Source of the DNA: an uncultured Candidatus Saccharibacteria bacterium | GTDB taxonomy: Bacteria; Patescibacteriota; Minisyncoccia; Phycocordibacterales; WO2-35-19 | Length of the DNA stretch: 64,000 bases | NCBI GenBank assembly: GCA_964519145.1 | Contig: CAZFHL010000001.1 | Span: forward strand, 682 to 64,681 | Direction: 5' to 3' | Shown: one piece after another, positions 31,267 through 41,359 of the stretch | Position numbering within the stretch: position 1 is the first letter of the stretch | Layout of the letters: each line of letters starts with the position of its first letter | Notes under the pieces: generated by a model | Databases searched by the model: none | Told to the model about the DNA's origin: nothing | The model's input: only the letters and a program-made list of their open reading frames with translations | Position numbers and translations under genes: made by a program

Positions 31267-32955
31267 ATGCATTCAGATGTTTCAATTATAAAAGACAGAT
31301 TAGATGTAGCTGATGTTATTTCTGCTTATATAAAAATTGAAAAATCTGGTATAAATTGGAAAGCTAAATGTCCATTTCATAACGAGAAGACACCATCCTT
31401 CTTTATATCTACAGCAAGGCAAACATTTTATTGTTTTGGTTGCGGAGAGAAAGGTGATATATTTACATTCGTAGAAAAATTTGAAGGAGTTGATTTTAGA
31501 GGAGCACTTAAAATATTGGCAGATAAAGCAGGTGTGGAATTGAGTAAAAATTTAGTTTCTACAAAGGATGATTCTTTAGATAAAATGCTTGATTTAATGG
31601 AAGAATCTACATTATTTTATCAAAATAATTTGTCTAAAAATTTAGAAGCGCAGGAATATTTAAAAAAAAGAGGTATTTCTTTTGATTCAGTAAAAAAATG
31701 GAGGATAGGTTTTGCTATTGATGAATGGAGGAATTTGCATGACTATATTTTATCTAAAAATTTTAGTGTAAATGATTTGCTTGAAACCGGTATGGTAAAA
31801 AAGGCGCTTGATCAAAACGAAAAAACACAAAAAGTGTACGATACTTTTAGAGGGAGAATAATGTTTCCAATAATGGATACCGCTAATAGGACAATTGCAT
31901 TTTCTGGAAGAGCACTGAAAAAAGATGACAAGGTACCTAAATATTTAAATTCTCCTGAAACCAAATTGTTTTTTAAATCAGAAGTTTTGTATGGCTTTAA
32001 TATTGCAAAAGAACACATTAGAAAATTAGGTTATACAGTCTTGGTTGAAGGACAGATGGATTTAATAATGTCTCATCAGGCAGGGATTTTGAATACAGTG
32101 GCGTCTTCTGGCACCGCTCTTACCGAATTGCATTTAAAAAGAATATTAAAGTTATCAAATAAAATGATTATTGGTTATGATGGTGATCAAGCTGGAGTAA
32201 AAGCTTGTTTTAGAGCTTCTATTATGGCGCTTTCTCTTGGTATGGAAGTAAAAATTGTTGAAATAGATGAAAATGAAGACCCAGCTTTAATTGTTTTTAA
32301 GGATCCTAATATATGGAGAGATGCTGTAAAAAATGCAAAACATATAATTGATGCTTATATAGAGAAAGCATTTCTCGATAGAGATGATAGAAAGATAAAT
32401 TTAAGTGTATCAAACAATGTTTTGCCATTACTTTCTGTACTCAAAAGTGATATAGAAAAAGCTAGATTTGTAAAAAAAATTGCTTCTAAGATGAGTATAT
32501 CTGAAGAATTTATTTGGTCTGATTTGAAAAAAATAAAAATTGATGAAAATGGTGGAGATAGTTTTGTTATAGAAAATATTAAAACTGATAAAAATATATT
32601 TGATTTAGATAAATTACTTGTTTCCTTTATCTTTTTAAAAGAATCTCATAAGGTTTCTGATCATAATGTAAAAGATATGTGGCAAAAGATAGTTGGAAAA
32701 GAATATGTTGCAAAAAAGATAGAAGAATATTGTCAATATAAAGAAGCTTTAATTTTTGAAGCCGAATCTTATATAGGCGAAAGTACTTTTGATAACATTT
32801 TATTAGATGTTTTATGTAGGGTGGAATCAAATCATTTGAAAAATCGTTTAAAAATTATAGTAAAAAATATGGATATTTTAAAAGATAAAATAGAAATAGA
32901 AAAAAATAATGAAGAATTATTAAATATACAAAAAAGATTACGAGAGCTTGGTTGA
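31267..32955 (+). CDS. dnaG: DNA primase
   Basis: CPFHNEKTPSF CHC2 zinc finger, KYLNSPET, EGQMD, YDGD. Confidence 0.97.
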   Translation: MHSDVSIIKDRLDVADVISAYIKIEKSGINWKAKCPFHNEKTPSFFISTARQTFYCFGCGEKGDIFTFVEKFEGVDFRGALKILADKAGVELSKNLVSTKDDSLDKMLDLMEESTLFYQNNLSKNLEAQEYLKKRGISFDSVKKWRIGFAIDEWRNLHDYILSKNFSVNDLLETGMVKKALDQNEKTQKVYDTFRGRIMFPIMDTANRTIAFSGRALKKDDKVPKYLNSPETKLFFKSEVLYGFNIAKEHIRKLGYTVLVEGQMDLIMSHQAGILNTVASSGTALTELHLKRILKLSNKMIIGYDGDQAGVKACFRASIMALSLGMEVKIVEIDENEDPALIVFKDPNIWRDAVKNAKHIIDAYIEKAFLDRDDRKINLSVSNNVLPLLSVLKSDIEKARFVKKIASKMSISEEFIWSDLKKIKIDENGGDSFVIENIKTDKNIFDLDKLLVSFIFLKESHKVSDHNVKDMWQKIVGKEYVAKKIEEYCQYKEALIFEAESYIGESTFDNILLDVLCRVESNHLKNRLKIIVKNMDILKDKIEIEKNNEELLNIQKRLRELG

Positions 32956-32991
32956 TGCTCAAAAATAAATTATGAGTTAATATATAAAAGT

Positions 32992-34197
32992 ATGTCAAAA
33001 AAGAAAAATATAAATAAATATAAAAAAATCAAGAAAGATAGATTAAAAAAAGTTATTAAAAAGACTGTCATTAAAAAAGTAAAACCAAAAAAAGTTTTAT
33101 CTAAAAATATTTCCAACAAAAAGATTTCTGAGGTAGATATTGTAAAGCAGAAAAAATTAAATTTAATCACAAAAGGTAAGGAAAGAGGATTTATTACTTA
33201 TGATGAAATTTTGAAAGAATTCCCTACTGTGGAAGAAGATGTCTTGATGCTTGAAGAAATATATGAAGAATGTGAAACGGCAGGCATAGATATTTTAGAA
33301 GGAGGAAGACTTCTTGAAGATGATGCAATATTGGGTAAAAATAAAAATCTTTTAAAAGATGACTCAAATTACGATTCCATTCAGATGTATTTAAAAGAGA
33401 TTGGTCAGCATTCTCTTATTTCTGGCTCTCAAGAAAAAGATTTGGCTAAAAGGATAATGCAGGGGGATAATGAGGCAAAAAATATATTAGCAAGGGCAAA
33501 CTTGCGTTTAGTTGTTTCTATTGCTAAAAAATATGTTGGCAGAAGTTCAGATCTGACTTTACTTGATTTGATTCAAGAGGGGAATCTCGGTTTATTTAAA
33601 GCTGTGGATAAATTTGATTATACTAAGGGTTATAAATTTTCTACATATGCCACCTGGTGGATTAGGCAAGCTATAACTAGGGCATTAGCAGATCAGAGTA
33701 GGACTATTCGTGTACCTGTTCATATGGTTGAAACAATTGCAAAATATAAACAAGTTGTAAGGAGATTGTCTCAAGATTTAGGCAGAGATCCACTACCAGA
33801 AGAAATAGCTGTTGAAATGGGTCTTGATGCTGATAAGGTTTATATGATTGAAAAAATTGATCAAGGGACTGTATCTTTAGAGAGTCCAGTGGGGGATGAT
33901 GAAGACAAATCAACTTTGGAAGATTTTTTGGCTGATGATAAAATATTATCTCCAGAACAAGAGTCAAATAGGAGAATTATAAGAGATCAATTGATGGAAA
34001 TTTTAAATGATTTACCTCCGAAAGAAAAGAAAATAATAGAAATGCGAAATGGTTTGATAGATGGGGTTTATCATACATTAGAAGATGTGGGCAAAGAATT
34101 TGGTGTTACAAGAGAAAGGATAAGACAAATAGAAGCTAAAGCTATTGAAAAAATGAGAGGACACGAAAAGACCAAAAGATTGCAACATTTTCTATAA
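32992..34197 (+). CDS. rpoD: Primary sigma-70 factor
   Basis: [44 protein letters not shown]. Confidence 0.97.
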   Translation: MSKKKNINKYKKIKKDRLKKVIKKTVIKKVKPKKVLSKNISNKKISEVDIVKQKKLNLITKGKERGFITYDEILKEFPTVEEDVLMLEEIYEECETAGIDILEGGRLLEDDAILGKNKNLLKDDSNYDSIQMYLKEIGQHSLISGSQEKDLAKRIMQGDNEAKNILARANLRLVVSIAKKYVGRSSDLTLLDLIQEGNLGLFKAVDKFDYTKGYKFSTYATWWIRQAITRALADQSRTIRVPVHMVETIAKYKQVVRRLSQDLGRDPLPEEIAVEMGLDADKVYMIEKIDQGTVSLESPVGDDEDKSTLEDFLADDKILSPEQESNRRIIRDQLMEILNDLPPKEKKIIEMRNGLIDGVYHTLEDVGKEFGVTRERIRQIEAKAIEKMRGHEKTKRLQHFL

Positions 34198-34248
34198 AAC
34201 TTTATAAATTAGTTTTGCTATTTTATTTAAAACTGTTAAAATATAAAT

Positions 34249-34476
34249 ATGTTAAAAAATAAAGATACTCACATGACTATATCTTACTTTGTACGAAATA
34301 TATCAATTGTTCTCGGTTTAGTCTTAATCTGGAGAGGTATATGGTATGTACTTGATGAATTTGATATATTGTTTCTAAATGGAAGTCATTTTTGGACAGC
34401 AATAGGCGGTATTGTATTAGGACTTATAATACTTTATATTCCAGATCATGACTTAAAAGAGATAGGAAAATTATAA
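34249..34476 (+). CDS. Small membrane protein
   Basis: Two TM segments, LIWRGIW. Confidence 0.75.
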   Translation: MLKNKDTHMTISYFVRNISIVLGLVLIWRGIWYVLDEFDILFLNGSHFWTAIGGIVLGLIILYIPDHDLKEIGKL

Positions 34477-34508
34477 TATATAATTAAAATCTGTAAGTCT
34501 TAATTGAA

Positions 34509-34862
34509 TTAAGCGACTATATTTGGTGTGTTATCTGAAAGTTTTGGCTGTTTTGCTCCTTTAAATTTTCTATGTGTACTTATATCGACTACACTATTTG
34601 TTTTTGAATTTAATTCATCTATTCTTTTTTGTAGAGATTTTATTTGAATCAATAGTTCATCTGCTTTTTGCTTTGTTTCTTCAAGCGTTTCATTTTGGAC
34701 TCTGCTATTTGTAGATATTGCGCATACAGTATGTCCATATTCTATACACAACATACCTAATTTGTTATAAAGTATATCTAATTCGTTTAGATTTCCTTCC
34801 GAATGTATACCACTGTCCAAGACATCATCAACATCATTTAGATCCACTTTGTTATTTTCCAT
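34509..34862 (-). CDS. Hypothetical coiled-coil protein
   Basis: ORF with ATG start and coiled-coil-like composition. Confidence 0.5.
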   Translation of the reverse strand: MENNKVDLNDVDDVLDSGIHSEGNLNELDILYNKLGMLCIEYGHTVCAISTNSRVQNETLEETKQKADELLIQIKSLQKRIDELNSKTNSVVDISTHRKFKGAKQPKLSDNTPNIVA

Positions 34863-34945
34863 ATTTTATAGATAAATTAATAATTGAAATAATAAAAAAA
34901 TCTGTTAGAATTTTGATATTAAAAGCTAATTTAATTATAAGCCTT

Positions 34946-35347
34946 ATGTTTAAAGAATTCAAACAATTTTTATTGAGAGGTAATGTTGTAGATTTAGCGG
35001 TCGGTGTAGTGGTTGGAGCTTCTTTTGGTTCTGTGGTCTCTGCCTTAGTTTCAGATTTATTAACTCCTCTTATTGGAGCTGTAGCAAGAGTGCCAGACTT
35101 TAGTAATCTTTTGTTTACAATAAATGGAAGTCAGTTTATGTATGGGCATTTTATAAATGCAATAATCGCTTTTCTGTTGGTTTCTTTTTCTATATTTTTC
35201 TTTGTTGTAAAACCGATGAATATTTTGATTGCTAGAGCAAGAAAAGAGCCACCTTCAGATCCTACAACTAAAAAATGTGAAGAATGTTTGAGTGAAATAC
35301 CTATAAATGCTAAAAGATGTTCATATTGTACCCAATCTGTTAATTAA
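34946..35347 (+). CDS. mscL: Large-conductance mechanosensitive channel with C-terminal Zn ribbon
   Basis: MFKEFKQFLLRGNVVDLAVGVVVG; CEEC...CSYC tail; true start ATG 34946. Confidence 0.93.
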   Translation: MFKEFKQFLLRGNVVDLAVGVVVGASFGSVVSALVSDLLTPLIGAVARVPDFSNLLFTINGSQFMYGHFINAIIAFLLVSFSIFFFVVKPMNILIARARKEPPSDPTTKKCEECLSEIPINAKRCSYCTQSVN

Positions 35348-35371
35348 TTTATAAATTAAACTTAGTTTTAA

Positions 35372-36028
35372 ATGAAAATTTCTATATTAGCCGTAATTTT
35401 TGCTGTAGCTTGTTCTTTTGTTATATTTTGGGTTTATTATAACAGGAATCAAAATGTTGTTCTAGAAGATAAGGTTAAAGATAATTTTGTTTATTTAAAC
35501 AAAGATGATGGTTTAATGAAAGACAATATTAAAAAAACAAATAAAAATAATATGAAAGCAACAATAAGTACAAATAAAGGAGATATCATTATTGATTTAT
35601 TTTCCAATATAACACCAGAAACTGTCGCAAATTTTTTCAAATTAAGCCAATCTGGTTTTTATGATGGTGTAAAATTTCATAGAGTAATAAAAGATTTTAT
35701 GATTCAATCAGGAGATCCTTATACTAAAGATGATAGTAAAAAAAATGTTTGGGGAACAGGTGGTCCCGGGTATACTTTTAAAGATGAAATTACAGAACAA
35801 AATAAAAATTTTAAAGGTACAATTTCTATGGCAAATGCTGGGCCAGATACAAATGGTAGTCAGTTTTTTATAAATACAAAAGACAATAATTTTCTTGATA
35901 CAAAACATACTGTTTTTGGAAAGGTTGTTTTTGGTATGGAGGTTGTAGAATATATAGAAAATAGTAAGACAGATAGTTTTGATAGACCTTTTGATCCTAT
36001 TATTATAAATACAATTTCTTTTGAATAA
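35372..36028 (+). CDS. Cyclophilin-type peptidyl-prolyl isomerase, membrane anchored
   Basis: [36 protein letters not shown]. Confidence 0.95.
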   Translation: MKISILAVIFAVACSFVIFWVYYNRNQNVVLEDKVKDNFVYLNKDDGLMKDNIKKTNKNNMKATISTNKGDIIIDLFSNITPETVANFFKLSQSGFYDGVKFHRVIKDFMIQSGDPYTKDDSKKNVWGTGGPGYTFKDEITEQNKNFKGTISMANAGPDTNGSQFFINTKDNNFLDTKHTVFGKVVFGMEVVEYIENSKTDSFDRPFDPIIINTISFE

Positions 36029-36065
36029 TAAATCTCTTTCAAAAGTTTTTATTATTTTGAATTAA

Positions 36066-36182
36066 AAAACTCTTTCTCATCACACCTTTTTGAACCACGG
36101 ATATTTTTTTGCTAAAAAATTCCTCGAGCTCGCTTCAGTCAAGCTCGCTAGGCTTCAAAAAGGTATGATTTCGATGAGTTTT
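36066..36182 (-). repeat. Dispersed structured repeat, copy E3
   Basis: Reverse complement nearly identical to E4. Confidence 0.85.
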
Positions 36183-36231
36183 GTAATTTAAAATAATAAA
36201 TCCCCGGTTATAAAAACCGGGGATTTTAAAT

Positions 36232-37794
36232 TTACATTCTATATCGGACAAGTCCTCTGGCGACTCGCTCTCTAATTGTTTCAAAATTTTCCACAATCAA
36301 AGATTCGCCATTTCTAAATACAACTTCGAGCAAATTTTCAACTCTCTCTTCATATTCGGTCAATCTGTCTCGAGTGACATATTCACCATTCTCGTCTAGG
36401 AATAATCCAACCAAACCCTTGTGGCTCTTCTTCTTAGAATCAGTCACAGGATCTTTTTCAATTTCAACAGGGTGTCCGTCAATCTCTACATAGATAGCTT
36501 TGAGTGCAAATCCTAGCGTATCACGACTGTGATTTCGCAAGATTCCACCAACGCCAATTACTAGATTTGATGCGGCATAACCCATTTCCATAAGTCTCTT
36601 CAAGGTTCTTCCGTATCTGGCAAGATACATACCATCTCCATAAATCAAACCAACCTTTGGATTTAGCACCCTAAAACCTTTAGAGTTTATTGTAGAGCCG
36701 AACGTCTCATCAAGAAGCCTTATGGCCCCTTTCCATTCATTACTACCTTCTTCTGCGGTAGGATCTCCGCAAATAATATATTCTGGATTTCCAGAATCAG
36801 GACGAAAAACTACTTTTCCGTCTCGACTGAGTATCTCAGATTTCAAAGTATTCGCAAAGTCTGTGAGTACTATATAGACATTGTAAGTGTCGGAAACAAT
36901 ACTAACTATACCCTCTGGATACAATCTCAGCATATTGCGAAATCCTAAAAGTTCGTCTTCTCGTCCAAATGAACACATAACAGAGTGTTCAGAAGCTGGC
37001 ACAGAAGACATAATTTCTTTGGTCGGATCAGCGCCATACATCCTGATAGCATATTCTCTTGCTGGCACAGTATCACTTCCTTTGAAAGAAAGGAGGTGAG
37101 CTGTACCTGTTATGACAGCTTGCTCTTCGGTAGAACAACCACGATAACCAAAGTCATGAACCATATAGTCTTTGAGAAAGTACATATCTTCGTCAACTGT
37201 ATTTTCAAAATATTTGTCAACAAGACGACGATATTCAAAAGAACAGCTAGCTGTAGTGATGGCATCCCAAATCTTCAGGATAAGACTCTCAAAGAAACCA
37301 ACACACCAGTAAAATTCTGGTAGGGTATTTGTGATAGTCATTATCGCATTTTTGACTGGGACAATCTGGCCTTCTCTAACAGCTTTGATTTCAATTGGTA
37401 TCTTGCCTAATCGGCAAAGACGCATAATCTTTTCTTCAGATTCTTTTGCTGTGCCACCTGTTGCTTTAGCAAGACCAAGTATCGCTTTTTTATTTTTGAT
37501 AAATTCGCGACCCATTTCTTCTGTGAGTGTCCTGCCAAGATAGGTAGACAAGTAATGCTGTAGACCAAACCAAACAGTATATCCATAATTTTTGTCTGAA
37601 CGAGCCATGAGATACGAGACAACCTTTGTAACTCCAGGAGCATATTGTTCCATATGTCCCATTTTGTAGACATCTGTCGCTAACAATGGATTTGCAAATG
37701 TCGGGTAAGATCTCTTGATGGCTTCAATTAATTCGGCTTCACTTGTAAATCCAAGTTCCAATAAGGAACTGCTGATAGTGTTGTTGTTTGTCAT
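36232..37794 (-). CDS. nadV: Nicotinamide phosphoribosyltransferase family (NadV/NAMPT; Namat-like)
   Basis: TDVYKMGH, HDFGYRG, SVPASEHSVM, SIVSDTY, RPDSG, GDG, KDPVTD..KKS.KG. Confidence 0.9.
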   Translation of the reverse strand: MTNNNTISSSLLELGFTSEAELIEAIKRSYPTFANPLLATDVYKMGHMEQYAPGVTKVVSYLMARSDKNYGYTVWFGLQHYLSTYLGRTLTEEMGREFIKNKKAILGLAKATGGTAKESEEKIMRLCRLGKIPIEIKAVREGQIVPVKNAIMTITNTLPEFYWCVGFFESLILKIWDAITTASCSFEYRRLVDKYFENTVDEDMYFLKDYMVHDFGYRGCSTEEQAVITGTAHLLSFKGSDTVPAREYAIRMYGADPTKEIMSSVPASEHSVMCSFGREDELLGFRNMLRLYPEGIVSIVSDTYNVYIVLTDFANTLKSEILSRDGKVVFRPDSGNPEYIICGDPTAEEGSNEWKGAIRLLDETFGSTINSKGFRVLNPKVGLIYGDGMYLARYGRTLKRLMEMGYAASNLVIGVGGILRNHSRDTLGFALKAIYVEIDGHPVEIEKDPVTDSKKKSHKGLVGLFLDENGEYVTRDRLTEYEERVENLLEVVFRNGESLIVENFETIRERVARGLVRYRM

Positions 37795-37808
37795 TTGTTT
37801 CCTCTTTT

Positions 37809-38240
37809 CTACTCTGCGTCTTTCTCTATATGCAGAGATTTGGTTTCTGTGTGGTTTAGAGTTTCTTCCAATTGTTCATAAGAAGCAGATAATCCAGCTC
37901 TGTCATCTAAAAAGATGTTCGCATAGATTTTTCTAGTGCCTCTCTTTTTCCAAAATGGTGGATCTTCGTTTATTGCATCAAACGGTATCCCGTTTTCTAA
38001 AAGATAATTTTTTACAAAATCCAAATCTTCATTTGCAGTCCAGCAAATAAGGTAGCAACCATGGGTTTTTGCTTTTCTCAATAACTCGATGACTTTTTGA
38101 TAACTTCTTCCTTTTTTGTGAAAATCAAAGACGGTATCATCAAAGTCATAAGCTACTACTATTGATCCGTATGCTTCAAATTCGGCAACGAGCCTTTTTG
38201 TTGCATATGTGTTGTCTAAATATGGATCTTGTAAATTCAT
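37809..38240 (-). CDS. HAD-superfamily hydrolase-like protein
   Basis: AYDFDDT (DxDxT), WTA, KIYANIFLDDRA. Confidence 0.7.
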   Translation of the reverse strand: MNLQDPYLDNTYATKRLVAEFEAYGSIVVAYDFDDTVFDFHKKGRSYQKVIELLRKAKTHGCYLICWTANEDLDFVKNYLLENGIPFDAINEDPPFWKKRGTRKIYANIFLDDRAGLSASYEQLEETLNHTETKSLHIEKDAE

Positions 38241-39100
38241 ACAACCTCCGACATTTTTACTACAGATAGAAAATCATTTTCTTCGTGTGCCTTGAAACTA
38301 TCTGTTGTATAAACATGATCAATTCCATTTTCTCTCAAGACATTAAGGCCTCTAGAAAAAATTCCGTGTGATACTACTAGGATTATTTTCCCGCAATTCA
38401 TTGCTTTTAAAGCTTTAGCTAAATGAATAAATGTTGCTCCACCATCACAAATATCATCAATTATGTAGAGATCTTGACCTTCAAAATCGGTTTCAAGAAT
38501 CTTTATTTCATCTACCAATCCACCGATATCTCTATGTTTTAGACACTGCACAACCTTCCTAACTTTTTTATTACCCAATTGGTTTGATACTGTATAAACT
38601 CTCTTTGCTGCACCAGCATCTGGCGAAACTAAATTAGCTTCATTTTTATTTTCCAGAACCTTTTCAATAAATTTGGTGCTAGATACATTCTCTGATCTAT
38701 CAATAAGAGCAGAAGCTACAATCGAATGAATATCGAAGAATACGACTCTCAGATAATTTTGAGAATTTAGAATTCCAGCAAAGATCTTTAGTGAAAATCC
38801 TTCACCAATCCTGCATACTCTGTCTTGACGACCGTATGGTAGGAAGGGAATGAACAAGGAAATATTTTTGACCTTGAGGTTTCTTAGTGCATTTGTTGCA
38901 ATAAGGATTCTCATCAAATCATTTCCATTTTCAAACCGACAAGTTATCATCACTTCTTCTTCATCAATGGTTTGAAGCCTCTTGCAATCATCTTCATTGA
39001 GTCTGAAATTTGCCTCTATTCCGCTAGGGAAGGGAGTAGAAGCGTCAGTCATGCCTTCTCCAAATGGTAAGAAGTTTGGTGTCAGATTTAGGGTCAGCAT
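38237..39100 (-). CDS. prs: Ribose-phosphate pyrophosphokinase family (Prs/Adps-like)
   Basis: PYGRQDR, DIHS, SPDAGA, IIDDICDGGATF, VSHG. Confidence 0.88.
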   Translation of the reverse strand: MLTLNLTPNFLPFGEGMTDASTPFPSGIEANFRLNEDDCKRLQTIDEEEVMITCRFENGNDLMRILIATNALRNLKVKNISLFIPFLPYGRQDRVCRIGEGFSLKIFAGILNSQNYLRVVFFDIHSIVASALIDRSENVSSTKFIEKVLENKNEANLVSPDAGAAKRVYTVSNQLGNKKVRKVVQCLKHRDIGGLVDEIKILETDFEGQDLYIIDDICDGGATFIHLAKALKAMNCGKIILVVSHGIFSRGLNVLRENGIDHVYTTDSFKAHEENDFLSVVKMSEVV

Positions 39101-39123
39101 TTTTCGGTCCTTTCAAAGAACTA

Positions 39124-39175
39124 TATATTGTATTTAATACACTATATCTACAAATAGTGTATACTATACACAAAA
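39124..39175. promoter_or_regulatory. Two tandem NrtR-type operator palindromes
   Basis: TATATTGT-N7-ACACTATA and AATAGTGT-N7-ACACAAAA between the divergent prs and nrtR genes. Confidence 0.65.
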
Positions 39176-39261
39176 TAAGTCAAGTAAAAAATATTTTATT
39201 CAACACTAATGATAGTTTGTCAAGTTTATCAAAATAATAAATATAGTGATATAATCAAAAT

Positions 39262-39882
39262 ATGGATAAATTAAAATTTGCGATTATAGCCACAGATATT
39301 GTGTGTTTTAAAATAGATGACAAGAAACTTAAAATATTAGTAGGCGAGGTTTTAAATCCTCTTTATAAAGGTAAACTAGCTTTAATTGGAGGACTCATAA
39401 GGCCAGAAGAAACTGCTATAGATTCTATTGATAGAATTTTTAAAGATAAGGCAGGTATGTCAAATATTTATAAGGAACAGTTATATACATTTGACGCTCT
39501 AGACAGAGATCTTCGTGGTAGAGTTCTTTCTGTTGCGTATTTAGCTATTAGCGAGGGTATTAATCAATCAAAAGGTAGTATAAAAACAGAGTGGATAGAT
39601 ATAAAAAAGATACCAAATTTAGCTTATGATCATAATGAAATAATAAAAGTTGCTTTAGAGAGGTTGCAAAATCGTCTTTCTCATACAAATATCGGTAAAT
39701 ATTTTTTGCCAAAAGAGTTCACTTTATCTGATTTGCAAGAAGTTTATGAAATCATTTTTAATAGAGATTTTGATAAAAGAAATTTTAGAAAAAAGATATT
39801 GAATGACGGTTTGTTAAAGAGCACAAATAAATTTAAAAAAAATGGCAAAATGAGACCGGCGCTTATTTATAAATATAAATAA
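39262..39882 (+). CDS. nrtR: NrtR family regulator (Nudix + winged HTH)
   Basis: EQLYTFD..RD.RGRV, LAYDH, FTLSDLQ.VYE, DKRNFRKK, RPA..Y. Confidence 0.88.
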   Translation: MDKLKFAIIATDIVCFKIDDKKLKILVGEVLNPLYKGKLALIGGLIRPEETAIDSIDRIFKDKAGMSNIYKEQLYTFDALDRDLRGRVLSVAYLAISEGINQSKGSIKTEWIDIKKIPNLAYDHNEIIKVALERLQNRLSHTNIGKYFLPKEFTLSDLQEVYEIIFNRDFDKRNFRKKILNDGLLKSTNKFKKNGKMRPALIYKYK

Positions 39883-39885
39883 CTA

Positions 39886-41145
39886 CTATTTTTTTATATT
39901 ACTGCCAGCTACAAATCCTGTAGTCCAACAAAGTTGTAAACTATAACCTCCAGATGGGCGATCTATATTTAAAATATCTCCAACTAAATAAAGGTTTGAA
40001 AATAATTTTGATTGCATAGTTTTAAAATCTACTTCATCTAAAGAAACGCCACCATTTGAAACTATGGCTTTGTCCACATCAAGTAATTTATCTACCTCTA
40101 TTGGTATGTTTTTGATGCAATTGACTAACTTTATCCTATCTTCTCTCTTTAAACTATTACATTTTGTTTCGCTATCTATTTTTATAATTTGGGTTATTGG
40201 TATAATCAAAGCTTTTGGAATTATCTCTGAAAGGGCATTTTTTATTTTTTTATTATTATTTTTTATACATAGTTCTTGTATTTTTAGATTCAATTTTCCT
40301 AAGTCCTCATTTGGTAAAAGATCTAAGTGTACAAAAACATCCCCATATTTTAAAAGTTCTCCTATGTCTTTACTCATATTTAGTATGGTAGGTCCTGTCA
40401 ATCCAAAATGAGTAAACAATATTTTTCCTCTTATAGAATTTTGTTTTTGATTGTTTTGGAATAAGCTTATCTTTACATCATCTATTTTGACTCCTGAAAT
40501 TTTTTTAGACCAACTGTCTTTTGTAGCTATCGGTACAAGAGATGGTGTAGGTTTTATAACATTATGACCAATTTTTGATAACCAAATAAATCCATCTCCA
40601 GTTGAGCCTGTTTCCGGACGGCTTATGCCTCCGGTGGCAACAACAATATTTTTAGCTTTTAAAATTTTATTATTTGCCAATTTTACACCAATTATTTTTT
40701 TATTTTCTAAAACTAAATCTATAACTTTTGAATTAGAGAGTACTTTAACATTTGTTTCTTTTAAATAATTTAAAAGAGTGTTGTATACATCTTTGGCCTT
40801 TTCAGAAATAGGGAATGTCCGGAGTTCATTTTCAACTTTTGTTTCAAGACCTCTTTTATGAAAAAATTCTAAAGTTTCTTTTACACTATATTTAGCGAAT
40901 GTAGAAAAAAGATATTTTCCATCATTTTTAAATTTCGCCAAAAGCTTTCTATTATCAAATTCTGAATTTGTGATATTGCATCTACCGCCTCCTGTGATCA
41001 AAAGTTTTTTGCCTAATTGTTCATTTTTTTCTAGTAATAGTACTTTGAGACCATTTAAACTTGCTGTACCAGCAGTCATCATACCAGCAGGGCCACCACC
41101 TATCACCAAACAGTCATATGTTGCTGTATTCTCTAGTTCCTTCAT
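39886..41145 (-). CDS. HI0933/YhiN/BaiN family flavoprotein
   Basis: IGGGPAG, KLLITGGGRCNITN, GSTGDG, LFTHFG, GGYSLQ. Confidence 0.92.
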   Translation of the reverse strand: MKELENTATYDCLVIGGGPAGMMTAGTASLNGLKVLLLEKNEQLGKKLLITGGGRCNITNSEFDNRKLLAKFKNDGKYLFSTFAKYSVKETLEFFHKRGLETKVENELRTFPISEKAKDVYNTLLNYLKETNVKVLSNSKVIDLVLENKKIIGVKLANNKILKAKNIVVATGGISRPETGSTGDGFIWLSKIGHNVIKPTPSLVPIATKDSWSKKISGVKIDDVKISLFQNNQKQNSIRGKILFTHFGLTGPTILNMSKDIGELLKYGDVFVHLDLLPNEDLGKLNLKIQELCIKNNNKKIKNALSEIIPKALIIPITQIIKIDSETKCNSLKREDRIKLVNCIKNIPIEVDKLLDVDKAIVSNGGVSLDEVDFKTMQSKLFSNLYLVGDILNIDRPSGGYSLQLCWTTGFVAGSNIKK

Positions 41146-41359
41146 TTGTCTATATTATCATAAAATAAATATAGAATAGATTTATCTAAATTTTCAAAAA
41201 TTTGACAAAAAATGTGATATTTGATATACTACAAACATAACTTAATCTCGTGGTTTCTTTTCGAGCGATTCTCTTAAAGCTATTTTAAAAAACTCTGGGA
41301 CATACTGGTAAAACTTATTATAAAAACCAGAGGTTATGGAGCTTTTGCTCTAAAATATT

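Noticed and set aside
34718-34945. N-terminal extension of MscL in the ORF track
   Set aside because: It overlaps an opposite-strand ORF; MscL homology begins at ATG 34946.
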